Below, piece by piece: positions 47,481 through 60,278 of a DNA stretch of 64,000 nt. Within the stretch, counting starts at the first letter, position 1, and each line of letters starts with the position of its first letter. The notes under the pieces are model-generated. The model did not search any database. It saw only the letters and a list, made by a program, of their open reading frames with translations, and had not been told where the DNA came from. The DNA is taken from NCBI GenBank assembly GCA_010909165.1, contig VJWM01000025.1:3162001-3226000 (forward strand). Reading direction: 5' to 3'. The DNA is from Anthoceros angustus. Its lineage: Eukaryota; Plantae; Anthocerotophyta. The position numbers were made by a program, and so were the translations under genes.

Positions 47481-48369
47481 TTTTGCGGCTGCAATCTCCG
47501 CTCACACCAAATGCTTATCCATCCAGACCGCCTGCTGCTGCTGGAGGCAGAGCCGACGGAGACACACAAATATGAGCATTGGGAGCCTAGAGCTCCTCTC
47601 AACCGGTTGGGTGCGCCCAATTTCTAAATCCATGGCATTGCGGAGGGCCGGCTGAGCACTGAGCAATCGGCGGGCGGCAACGCAATTACGCGAAGCGTGG
47701 GCCTGATGGTGCGACCCGTTGCAGCGTGTGCGAGGAATCTTTGTGCTCATCGCTCCCGAGAGTCGAGACAGGTGGAGCCACGAGCATTTACGAGGTTTTT
47801 CGCGCCACCTCTAACGCTCCGCCGTGACCCAATCACACGAATGATCTACGACTGTGTTGCTGCTATTTTATTTTAATGTTTTTCTTTTTTCCACGTCCTT
47901 TCAGAGCTTATAGCGACCGGCTTCCATGTTTGAGCACCCCTTAGTCCTGCGTCTTTTTTTTTTTTGGCGAACCGTCTTTCCACACAGCCGTCAGCATACC
48001 TAGTGGGCCGGCTTGAAATTAGTTAATAATTATAGTGTGTTAGTTCAGTATATATGAAGATTTTTATTAAAATTATATGTATATCTCATACCAATGTATC
48101 TTGTCAAGCTCCATTTTCAAGGTCAAGGATTGGTTTCTCGGTATTCCTACATATTTAGTAGTTTGTACCTATATAGTTTTACATTGAAGCTTTACTTCCT
48201 CAAGCTTTGATTTATTATCATTTGATCATGTATATATATATATCATAATTATATCATTGGTTTGTCGTATGTTTTTGGTTTATATTTGGTACTTAAATAT
48301 GTAAAGTATATATGAACTTGATACATATGTGGGCATATAGAAAAATAAGGTCTTAATTACCTTCGTGCC

Positions 48370-48560
48370 CAGACATCTCCTAGACAGTGGAGCAACCGAG
48401 CACATGTCTTCTAGGAGGGATTGGTACTTCCTTGCTCGCTCTACAACCTATCTACATGGGAGATAGTTCTCTACATGTGGACGTTGGTGAAGGAGTGGTA
48501 ATGGTGCAACTCCAAAATCATGTTGCCTTCATGAAGGCAACATGATTGCACTAACTCATA
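48370..48560 (+). mobile_element. Ty1/copia protease fragment
   Basis: LDSGATEHMSSRRDW...IYMGDSS..GEGVVMVQL across a frameshift. Confidence 0.65.
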
Positions 48561-48739
48561 CTTATTTTCAGGGTTGGGTAGGTTTTATTCATGTTATTGT
48601 GTTTTTCAGACTCACGGTGTTCCCCTGAGTAAGTGTTACTTTTGCCACAACCCGCGTAGGTGAACCTTTGATGGTGAGTACATAGCCAGTTGAGGTAAAT
48701 AGCAAATCACAACAATGCAGTAGCATTAATTGACTAACT

Positions 48740-49896
48740 GAATTAAGTGCTTGGCCATTGCAAGTACATACAGCACATGGAGTTTAAGCAAAGTATTATC
48801 AATCGGTTGGAATGAACACGTACCAGTACGAAGGAGAAATTAAGTGCTTGGCCATTGCAAGTACATACAGCACATGGTCGAGTTTAAGCAAAGTATTATC
48901 AACCAGTTGGAATGAACACGTACCAGTACCAAGGATCATCAAACCAGTGTGAGAATGCTCATCACCTAACACACTCTTTCAGAATGGCCAAGCACATACA
49001 GCACATGGTCGAGTTTAAGCAAAATATTATCAACCAGCTGGAATGAACACGTACCAGTACCGAGGATCATCAAACCAGTGTGAGAATGCTCATCACCTAA
49101 CGCACTCTTTCAGCTGTACTTGAAGGTATGAAGTTACTCATCAATGATTTGTCCTTGCAAATGTGGGATGTGGCTCCGGCATCCACGTACCAACTATCAG
49201 GAGCATGTGAGGAGGTGGAGAGACACACCGTCATAATCATGAGTTGCTTGCTGGAAACATCGGCATGTTGAGGCCGTTTCTTGGTGACGGAGTTAACATC
49301 AACATGCTTGGAGGTCTTCTCGGCTTTCCTCGGCTCACCAGATTTCTTTTTTCGGCATTCCCTTTCCCAATGCCCTTGCAGCCCACACCAGTTGCAAGTG
49401 CTAGATCTTTTGGTCTGTCCTGGTTTGGAAAGACCACTACCAGGGGAGTTTCTATTCCCATTCTACGATTTGCCTTTTGATGTATAGAGAGAGTACTTTA
49501 TCTGTCTTAGTGCATCATGATCCATGATTGGATGAACTGGCATGACTTTTCTCCTCTTGAAATAAAGCACCAACAACATTTGTAAATCTAATAGTGGTTG
49601 GTTTACCTGCAGCTACAGCATTACCAGCATCCCGGAGGGTGGCTCCATAGCTGGAGACAAAAGGCTAGAAACTAGAAGGCAGGCTAGTTAGGAGTTGAGC
49701 AACAGCATCCAATTCACTCATGGTGGACCCTAAGGAGATGAGTTGTGCACGGTCACGGACCGCCAAGGAAAGTCGCAGCCCTTCTCGCCACAAGATCCAG
49801 GGAGAAGAGTTCCTGACAGACATAGAGTGAGAATGTTCTTCACCTCGTTTGTCTACGCAAGTTGTGTCCATATCTCCTCCGCTTTATTCAGGTAAG
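48740..49896 (-). mobile_element. Ty1/copia gag-protease remnant, cut at 49896/49897 by the macro-array
   Basis: Minus strand: LGSTMSELDAVAQLLTSLPSSF (UBN2-type gag), CNWCGLQGHWERECRKK (CCHC), SWYVDAGATSHIC (protease), LGD...GTGTCSFQLVDN.LLKLDHVLYV repeated three times. Confidence 0.85.
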
Positions 49897-52800
49897 TGTC
49901 ATGCCGTGTGATACTAATCTCTGCACTTGGGTTTAGTGTTTGATTGGCATTAATTAATCTAACTACTTATCTTTAAGTAAGTAATTAGTGTTATTTAATC
50001 TAACTACATATCTTTTACTAAGTAATTAGTGTTAATTAATCTAATTACTTATCTTTAAGTAAGTAATTAATGTTAATTAATCTAATTACTTATCTTTAAG
50101 TAAGTAATTAATTTTAATTAATCTAATTACTTATCTTTAAGTAAGTAATTAGTGTTAATTAATCTAAGATGCTTATGTTAATTAAGCATTGATTAGTGTT
50201 AATTAATCTAAGATGCTTAATTAAGCATTAGCATGTTAATTAAACATGGTTAGCAATAGCTAAGTGGATAAGCTCAAGTAATATGCTTTGGCATATTCCT
50301 TGCATATATAGTGTATTCTTACCATACAATAGCTAAGTGGATAAGCTCAAGTAATATGCTTTGCATATTCCTCGATATAGTGTATTCTTAGGATATTTCT
50401 TGCATGCCGATGCCAATATGATATCTTAAGAATACGTCACGTGGTCTAGTATATAGACCCTTCCATCGAGGACAATGGATCAAACATTGTCCTCCAGAGC
50501 AATGCAACGAACAGAGGCCAGTGGGAGCGACTGAGGAAGTGTGAATTGTGTGTTGGTTTGCCACGACGTGCAAGCTACTCCCTCCGTCATAAGCCTGATG
50601 ACACAGACGTAGATAGGCCGTGCTAGGCTTTGTGATGCTAGGCGATGCTAGGCCGCGAATAGAGAGGAGGCAAAGAAGCCCAAGTTCAAGGCCAAGAGGA
50701 GGCTAAAAAGCCCAAGTCCAAGGCCAAGGAGGAATGAGGCCTCCACAAGGAGGGATGGCCTTTAAGGCTAACCAACCAAGGGAGAAACAAGAGTATTTTA
50801 CTCTTGGATCAAATGGATAAGGTAAAGTGGATAGGCTTGGGTATGTTATCGGCATTGATTTCACTCTCGTCCAAAACTCTCATTAGCTAGCACCCCATCC
50901 TAATCGATCCATCTCATGGGTGCTTAACTTTGGAGTTCTTATGTCCTTGCTATCTAACTCACCGGCTTTAAGGCCAACCAACCAAGGGAGAAACAAGAGT
51001 ATTTTACTCTTGGGCCCTGGATTCCAAGGATAAGGGTAAAGTGGATAGGCATGGGTTATCGTAACCAACCAAGGGAGAAACAAGAGTATTTTACTCTTGG
51101 CCCCGATTCCAAGGATAAGGGTAAAGTGGATAGCATGGGTATGTTATCGCAGTTGATTTCACTTTCTCATTCAAAACTCATTAGCTAGCACCCCATCCGG
51201 GTACTAATCCATCTCACGGGTGCTTAACTATGGAGTTCTTGTGTCCTTGCTATCTAACTCACCCATCTAACTCGCATGTCGAGCTTGTCAGCTTTAATGA
51301 TAGGAGATTCATAGCGGGTAAGCTTAACTCCCACAGCTCCTAGAGTAGAAGTAGGATGGGCCTGTGCCATGTCAAACTTGTAAAAATCTTAGCAATATAT
51401 TTATGTTGATGAATAATTAGCAGACCTTCATATCTGACTCGTAAGATCTGGATGCTTAGACAGAATTGCACGTCCCCACTATTTGTCATCTCAAAAGGCT
51501 GACGTAACATACCCTTCACATGATATCGATATGAAGCGCTCGTGCCATGCTTGCGCCCGACATTAATGACCGGCCATATAATGGCGCCCAGCGCCCGACA
51601 TTGGCCCCCAACGCCTGACATTGACTTGCCATACAATGGCGCCTAGCGCCAAATAATAATGGCATCTCATTAACGCCCAACTATAGTGCCCAGTTAACGC
51701 CCAACTATCGCGCCCAAATAACGCTCAACAATGGCGTTCAACGCCCAGCTATGGCGCCCAATTATCGCCCAACAAAGGCCCCCAATTAATGCCCAATAAT
51801 GGCGCCCAATGCCCAAATATGGCGCCCAATGCCCAAATATGGCGCCCAAGGCCCAACTATGGCGCCCAATGCCCAACTATGGCGCCCAACGTCCGACAAT
51901 GGCTGGCCATCCACTGGCACCCAACGCCCTACACTGGCTGGCCATACAATGACGCCCAACGCCCGACAATGGTTGGCCATCCAATGGCGCCCAACGCCCG
52001 ACAATGGTTGGCCATCCAATGGCGCCCAACGCCCTACAATGGCTGGCCATACAATGGCGCCCAACGCCCGACAATGGCTGGCCATCCAATGGCGCCCAAC
52101 GCCCTACAATGGCTGGGCATACAATGGCGCTAACGCCCTACAATGGTCGGGTTACAATGGCGGCCCAACGCCTGACAATCGTGGCCACCGCCAATAGCTC
52201 CCCGCCGCCACCCTCCCTCCCCACCTACAAAACAACGCGACAATGGCTAACCACACAATGGCGGCTCGACAATCGCCACCCCGCCAATGGTTGGCCATAC
52301 AATAGGGCCCAACGCCCGACAATGGCTGGCCTGATAATGGCTGGCCCGACAATCGCTGGCCAGCCTGCCAATGGCTCCCCGCCTGCCACCCTCCCCCCCA
52401 CCAAAAACTCTCCCTCCATCCCCCTTCCCAATGGCGTCCAATGCCCGACAATGGTTGGCCATACAATGGCGCCCAACGCCCGACAATGGCTGGCCCGGCA
52501 ATCGCTGGCTAGCATGCCAATGGCTCCCCGCCTCCTCCCCGCCTGCCACCCCTCCCCCCCACCAAAAACTCTTACTCCATCCCCCTTCCTACCCACTTCC
52601 CCCTCCCCTCCCTCCCGCACCCCTTCCCCCGCCAAATTTTAAGAAAAAGGCTTTACAACATAATCCTACAACAAGGGAGCCACGTCATCGCATGCAACGG
52701 TAAATGGCTTCCAATCATATTTTTGTGATTAGTGATATTAATAAAGATTTTTAGAAAAAAAAGATCAAATTTTGAAAAAAAGGCTTTACAACGTAATCTA

Positions 52801-55800
52801 CAACGAAGCTACGCCATTGATCATTGTTGTAAATGAGCACCCAAAAGAGTGCCATATCATCCAACTAGAAACCCGCATTGTAAACCGAGTCTTAAAACTT
52901 GCCACATCAGCGAAACTTAAACCAATTTACAACGGAGGTTTTAGACGTTGTAAAGATTGGGACATTTACAAAAGGGGTTTTGTAAAACCCCTCCTCCCCG
53001 CCTGCCACCCCTCGCCCCTACCACCCTCCATCCCCCTTCCCAATGGCGCCCAACGCCCGACAATGGCTAGCTATACAATGGTTGGCGACACCGCCACCGC
53101 CAATGGCTCCCCGCCGCCACCCTCCCGACCGCCACCTCCTCCCACCAAAACTCTCCTCCATCCCCTTCCCAATGGCGCCCAACGCCCGAGAATGGCTGGC
53201 TATAACGCCCAACGCCCGACAATGGCGCCCGATAATGGTCGCCCGACACCGCTAAGCGTGCGGTAATGGCTCGCCCGCCACCCTCCTCCCGCCACCTCCC
53301 CACCAAAACTCTCCCTCCATCCTCCTTCCCAATGGCGCCTAACGCCGACACAATGGCTAAACAATGGCGGCCCGACAATGGCGGCCCGACAATGGTCGCC
53401 CGACAATGGCTGGCCGGACAATGGTCGGTCGGCCGACAATCAATGACTTGACCGACAATGGTCACCTAACAATGGTCGGCCCGACAATGGTCGGCCGACA
53501 ATGGCCGGGTCGGCCGACAATCAATGACTTGACCGACAATGGCTGGCCAATGGCTTGGCCCGACAATGGCCGGGCCGTCAATGGTCGGGTGGACAATGGT
53601 TGGCCCGACAATGGTCGGTGCCGCCAATGGTCTTTCGACAATGGCTGGCCCGACAATGGTCGCCCGACAATGGTGGCCCGACAATGCCCGGCCCGACAAT
53701 GGCTGGCCATACAATGGCTCCCAACGCCCGACAATGGTGGCCCAATAATGGTGGCGACAATCACTGCCACCGCCAATGGCTCCCCGCCTCCCGCTTCCTC
53801 CCCGCCTCCTCCTCCTCCTCCCCGCCACCCTCCCCACCAAAAACTCTCCTCCATCCCCTTCCCAATGGCGCCCAACGCGACAATGGTTGGCTATACAATG
53901 GCGCCCAACGCCCGATAATCGCTGGCCCGACAATGGTCGCCCGACAATCCGGGTTAGCGTGCCAATGGCTCCCCGCCGCCACCCTCCCGCCGCCACCTCC
54001 CCACCAAAACTCTCCCTCCATCCTCCTTCCCAATGGCGCCTAACGCCGACAATGGTGGACAATGGTCATCGGCACTGGGCAATGGCGGCCCGACAATGGC
54101 GCCCGACAATGGCGGTCGGCACAATCAATGACTTGACGAGCCGACAATGGCTGGCCCGACAATGGTCATTTGACAATGGCCGGGTCCGACAATCAATGAC
54201 TTGCGACAATGGCTTTGGCCTACAATGGTTGGCCGACAATGGCCGGCCCGACACAATGGTGGGTGGACAATGGTTGGCCCGACAATGGTCGGTGGCCGAC
54301 AATGGTGGCTCGACAATGGCTGGCCCGACAATGGTCGCCCGACAATGGTGGCCCGACAATGCTGCCCGACAATGGCGCCATACAATGGCTCTAACGCCGA
54401 CAATGGTGGCCCAATAATGGTGGCCCGACAATGCCACGCCAATGGCTCCCCGCCTCCCGCTTCCTCCCCGCCTCCTCCTCCTCCTTGCCTGCCACCCCTC
54501 CCCCCCACCAAAAACTCTCCCTCCATCCCCCTTCCCAATGGCGTCCAACGCGCGACAATGGTTGGCCATACAATGGCGCCCAACGCCCGACAATGGTTGG
54601 CCTGATAATGGCTGGCCCGACAATCGTTGGCCAGCCTGCCAATGGCTCCCCGCCTCCTCCCCGGCTGCCACCGCTCCCCCCCACCAAAAACTCTCCCTCC
54701 ATCCCCCTTCCCAATGGCGTCCAGCGCCCGACAATGGTTGGCCCTACAATGGCGCCCAACGCCCGACAATGGCTGGCCCGAAAATGGCTTTTCCGACAAT
54801 CACCTGGCCAGCCGCCAATGGCTCCTCGCCACCCTCCCCACCAAAAACTCTCCTCCATCCCCTTCCCAATGGCGTCCAACGCGACAATGGTTGGCCATAC
54901 AATGGCGCCCAACGCCCGACAATGGTTGGCTGATAATGGCTGGCCCGACAATCTGGCCAGCCTCCCAATGGCTCGCCTCCTCCGCCACCGCTCCCCACCA
55001 AAAACTCTCCTCCATCCCCTTCCCAATGGCGTCCAGCCGACAATGGTTGGCCCTACAATGGCGCCTAACGACAATGGCTGGCCCGAAAATGGCTTTTCCG
55101 ACAATGGCCGGCCAATGGCTCGACAATGGCTCGCCACCCTCCCCACCAAAAACTCTCCCTCCATCCCCTTCCCAATGGCGTCCGATGCGGACAATGGTTG
55201 GCTATACAATGGCGCCTAACGCCTGACAATGGCTGGCGACAATGCTGGCCCGATAATCGCTGGCCAGCCGCCAATGGCTCCCCGCCGCCACCCTCCCGCC
55301 GCCACCTCCCCATCAAAAATTCTCCTCCATCCCCTTCCCAATGGCGCGCCCACCGCCCAACAATGGTTATTATACAATGGCGCCTAACGCCCGACAATGG
55401 CTGGCCCGAAAATGTCGCCCGACAATCGCCGGCCGTATCAATGGGTCCTCGCCACCCGTCCCCCACCAAAAACTCTCCTTGGCGACATTCCAGGAAGATT
55501 GGTTTTGTGCACAATGCACTACATGAGGTGATTGGTTTTGTGCACAATGCACTACATGAGGTGCGCAGTATGTAGTCCTACTAATGATAATGTTTTGACT
55601 TGCGCCTCACATTATCGGGATTTGTTTGCACCTATATATCTCACAGTATTAGATTTGTTTGCTTGGTTGTTGGTAAGTGCTTATATGAATTCTTACTGCG
55701 TATGACGCTTGTCATGCCGTGTGATACTAATCTCGCACGGTTTAGTGTTTGATTGGCATTAATTAATCTAACTACATATCTTTTAGTAAGTAATTAGTGT

Positions 55801-58800
55801 TAATTAATCTAATTACTTATCTTTAAGTAAGTAATTAGTGTTAATTAATCTAACTACATATCTTTTAGTAAGTAATTAATGTTAATTAATCTAATTACTT
55901 ATCTTTAAGTAAGTAATTAGTGTTAATTAATCTAATTACTTATCTTTAAGTAAGTAATTAATGTTAATTAATCTAAGATGCTTATGTTAATTAAGCATTT
56001 ATTAGTGTTAATTAAACATGGTTAGCAATAGCTAAGTGGATAAGCTCAAGTAACTGCTTTGGCATATTCCTTGCATATTATAATGTATTCTTAGGATATT
56101 TCTTGCATGCCGATGCGATATGATATCTTAAGAATATGCCGATGCCAACGCTGATAGCCATACAATGGCGCCTAACGTGAAAAATGGCGTCTGAGAATGG
56201 ATGGCCCGACAATGGCGACAATGGCTCGCCCGCCACCCCCCGCCCGCCACTCCTCCCCCACCAAAACTCTCCCTCCATCCCCTTCCCAATAGCGCCCAAC
56301 GCCCGACAATGGCTGGCCATACAATGGCGCCTAACGCCCCACAATGGCTGGCCCGACAATCGCTGGCCAGCCTCCCAATGGCTCCCCGCCTGCCACCCCT
56401 TCCCCCGCCACTCCTCCCTCCACCAAAAACTCTCCCTCCATCCCCCTTCCCAAAGGCGTCCAACGCCCGACAATGGTTGGCCATACAATAGGGCCCAACG
56501 CCCGACAATGGCTGGCCTGATAATGGCTGGCCCGACAATCGGCCGGCCCCGCCAATGGCTCCCCGCCCGCCACCCTCCCGCCCGCCACTCCTCCCTCCCA
56601 CCAAAACTCTCCCTCCATCCCCCTTCCCAATGGCGCCAATGCCCGACAATGGTTGGCACAATGGCGAACGCGACAATGGCTAGCCCGGCAATGGCTAGCA
56701 TGCCAATGGCTCCCCGCCTCCCCGCCCGCCACCCTCCCCCACCAAAACTCTTACTCCATCCCCTTCCTACCCACTTCCCCTCCCTCCCTCCCGCACCCCT
56801 TCCCAAATTTTAAGAAAAGGCTTTACAACATAATCTACAACAAGGGAGCCACGTCATCGCATGCAACGGTAAATGGCTTCCAATCATATTTTGTGATTAG
56901 TGATATTAATAAAGATTTTATAAAAAGATCAAATTTTAAAAAAGGCTTTACAACGTAATCTACGAAGGAGCTACTTCATTGATCATTGTTGTAAATGAGC
57001 ACCAAAAGAGTGCCATATCATCCAACTAGAAACCCGCATTATAAACGAAGTCTTAAAACTTGCCACATCAAACTTAAACCAATTTACAACGGAGGTTTTA
57101 GGCGTTGTAAAGATTGAATATTTACAAAGGGTTTTGTAAAACCCTCCTCCCCCGCCACCCCTCGCCCCTACCACCTCCATCCTCCTTCCCAATGGCGTAG
57201 CCCGACAATGGCTCCCCGCCTCCTCCCGCCTGCCACCTCCCCACCAAAACTCTTACTCCATCCCCTTCCTACCCACTTCCCCTCCCTCCTCCCGCACCCC
57301 TTCCGCCAAATTTTAAGAAAAGGCTTTACAACATAATCCTACAACAAGGGAGCCACGTCATCGCATGCAACGGTAAATGGCTTCCAATCATATTTTGTGA
57401 CTAGTGATATTAATAAAGATTTTATAAAAAGATCAAATTTTAAAAAAGGCTTTACAACGTAATCTACAACGAAGGAGCTACTTCATTGATCGTTGTTGTA
57501 AATGAGCACCCAAAAGTGCCATATCATCCAACTAGAAACCGCATTGTAAAACCGAGTCTTAAAACTTGCCACATCAGTGAAACTTAAACCAATTTACGGA
57601 GGTTTTAGGCGTTGTAAAGATTGGAACATTTACAAAGGGGTTTTGTAAAACCCTCCTCCCGCCACCCCCCGCCTACCACCTCCATCCCCCTTCCCAAAGG
57701 CGCCCAACCCCGACAATGGCTAGCCATACAATGGCTGGCCTGACAATCGCTGGCCAGCCTGCCAATGGCTCCCCGCTTGCCACCTCCTACCCGCCTGCAA
57801 CCCTCCCCCCCACCAAAAACTCTCCCTCCATCCCCCTTCCGAATGGCATCCAACGCCCGACAATGGTTGGCCATACAATGGCGCCCAACGCCCGACAACG
57901 GTTGGCCCGATAACGGCTGGCGACAATCACTGCCACGGCAATGCCTCCCCGCCACCCTCCCCCGCCACTCCTCCTCCCACCAAAACTCTCCCTCCATGCA
58001 GTTCCCAATGGCGCCCAACGTCCGACAATGGATATACAATGGCGCCTAACGCCCACAATGGCGAAAATGGTGGCCCGACAATCGGCCACCTATCAATGGG
58101 TCCTGCTCGCCACCCCTCCTCCCCACCAAAACTCTCCTCCATCCTCTTCCAATGGCGCCCAACGCCCGACAATGGATGGCCATACAATGGCGCCCAACGC
58201 CCGAAATGGCGGCGACAATGGCTGGCCCGACAATCAATCAGCCACCTACCAATGGCTCCCCGCCCGCCACCCTCCTACCGCCACTCCTCCTCCCACCAAA
58301 ACTCTCCTCCATCCCCTTCCCAATGGCGCCCAACGCCCGAGAATGGCGGCTATACAATGGCGCCCAACGCCCGACAATGGCCGGCCGATAATGGCTCCCG
58401 CCACCGCCAATGGCGAAATGGCTGGCGAAAATGGCTCCCGCCACCCTCCCGCCCGCCACCTCCTCCCCACCAAAACTCTCCTCCATCCTCCTTCCCAATG
58501 GCGCCTAGCCGACAATGGCGGCCATACAATGGCGCCCAGCCGACAATGGCGTCCGACAATCGTTGGCCCGACAATGGCCGGCCGACAATGGTCGACAATG
58601 GTTGGCGACAATGGTCCGGCTCGACAATGACTTGCGACAATGGCTGACAATGGTTGGCCGACAATGGTGGCCGACAATGGCGCCAATGGCAATGGATAAT
58701 GGCTCGACAATGGTCGGCCGCCTTCTACCGCCAATGGCTCGGGTTTTGACAATGGCCCGACAATCCGGGCCCGACAATGGCGCCCGACAATGGTCAACCC

Positions 58801-60278
58801 CGACAATGCTGGCTATACAATGGCGCCAACGCCCGACAATGGTTGGCGATAATGGTGGCCAATGGGTGGCCCGACACCGCCGCCACCGCCAATGGCTCCC
58901 GCCTCCCGCCTTCCTCCCGCCTCCTCCCGCCTCCTCCTCCTCCTCCCGCCACCTCCCCCACCAAAACTCTCCTCCATCCCCTTCCCAATGGCGCCCAATG
59001 CCCGACAATGGTTGGCCATACAATGGCGCCCAACGCCCGACAATGGCTGGCCGAAATGGCTTTTCCGACAATGGCCGGCCGCCACCTCCTCCCGCCACCC
59101 TCCCCACCAAAACTCTCCTCCATCCCCTTCCCAATGGCGTCCGATGCCCGACAATGGTTGGCCATACAATGGCGTAGCGACAATGGTGGCGATAGTGGCT
59201 GGCCCGATAATCGTCGGCCGACAATGGTGGCCCGATAATGGCTCCCCGCCACCCTCCCCGCGCCACTCCTCCCCACCAAAATTCTCCTCCATCCCCCTTG
59301 TCGTCACCGCCCAACAATGGTTGGCCATACAATGGCCTTGACAATGGCTGGCCGAAAATGTCGGGCCCAGGCAATCGTGGCCGGGTATCAATGGGTCCTC
59401 GCGTGCCACCGTCCCCCACCAAAACTCTGTGACATTCCAGGAAGATTGGTTTTGTGCACAATGCACTACATGAGGTGCGACGTATATAGTCCTACTAATG
59501 ATAATGTTTTGACTTGCACCACACATGGGGGGGGGATTTGTTCAAGCACCTATATATCGTATTAGATTTGTTTGCTTGGTTGTTGGTCGAGGAAGTGCTT
59601 ATATGAATTCAAGTGCTTACCTCGTGCGACAGTTGTCATGCCGTGTGATACTAATCTCTGCACTTGGGTTTAGTGTTTGATTGACATTAATTAATCTAAC
59701 TACATATCTTTTAGTAAGTAATTAGTGTTAATTAATCTAATTACTTATCTTTAAGTAAGTAATTAGTGTTAATTATTCTAACTACATATCTTTTAGTAAG
59801 TAATTAATGTTAATTAATCTAATTACTTATCTTTAAGTAAGTAATTAGTGTTAATTAATCTAATTACTTATCTTTAAGTAAGTAATTAATGTTAATTAAT
59901 CTAAGATGCTTATCTTTAAGTAAGTAATTAATGTTAATTAATATAATTACTTATCTTTAAGTAAGTAATTAGTGTTAATTAATCTAATTACTTATCTTTA
60001 AGTAAGTAATTAATGTTAATTAATCTAAGATGCTTATGTTAATTAAGCATTTATTAGTGTTAATTAAACATGGTTAGCAATAGCTAAGTGGATAAGCTCA
60101 AGTAATATCCTTGCATATTCCTTGCATATTATAGTGTATTCTTAGGATATTTCTTGCATACACGATGCTAATATGATATCTTAAGAATATGCCGATGCTA
60201 ACGCTCGACAATGGTCAGCCATACAATGGCGCCCAACGCTCAAAAATGGCTGGCCCGATAATGGATGGCCCGACAATC
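49897..60278. repeat. Hierarchical macro-tandem array: units 49897-55709, 55710-59633, 59634-60278 (interrupted)
   Basis: tgtcatgccgtgtgatactaatc starts each unit. Each has a 41-bp AT array, GC-rich 35/15-bp arrays with C-rich tracts, a TTTACAAC block (52632-52991, 56803-57143, 57307-57655; not reached in the truncated unit 3), and a ~200-bp linker (55488-55709, 59435-59633). Confidence 0.92.
51310..51550 (-). mobile_element. Ty1/copia reverse transcriptase fragment within a 1.1-kb insert in array unit 1
   Basis: VKGMLRQPFEMTNSGDVQFCLSIQILRVRYEGLLIIHQHKYIAKIF resembles the copia RT FEMKDLG..K.iLGIQI.R....i.l.Q.KY motif. Confidence 0.7.

Noticed and set aside
51880-52140. CRISPR-like 35-bp repeats
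   Set aside because: Head-to-tail repeats without unique spacers, no cas genes, eukaryotic context.
51780-59570. Dozens of overlapping ORFs (MAPNARQWLAIQWRPTPDNGWP...) in all six frames
   Set aside because: The 35-bp and 15-bp monomers contain no stop codon on either strand and the 35-mer cycles through frames, so the ORFs are a by-product of the satellite.
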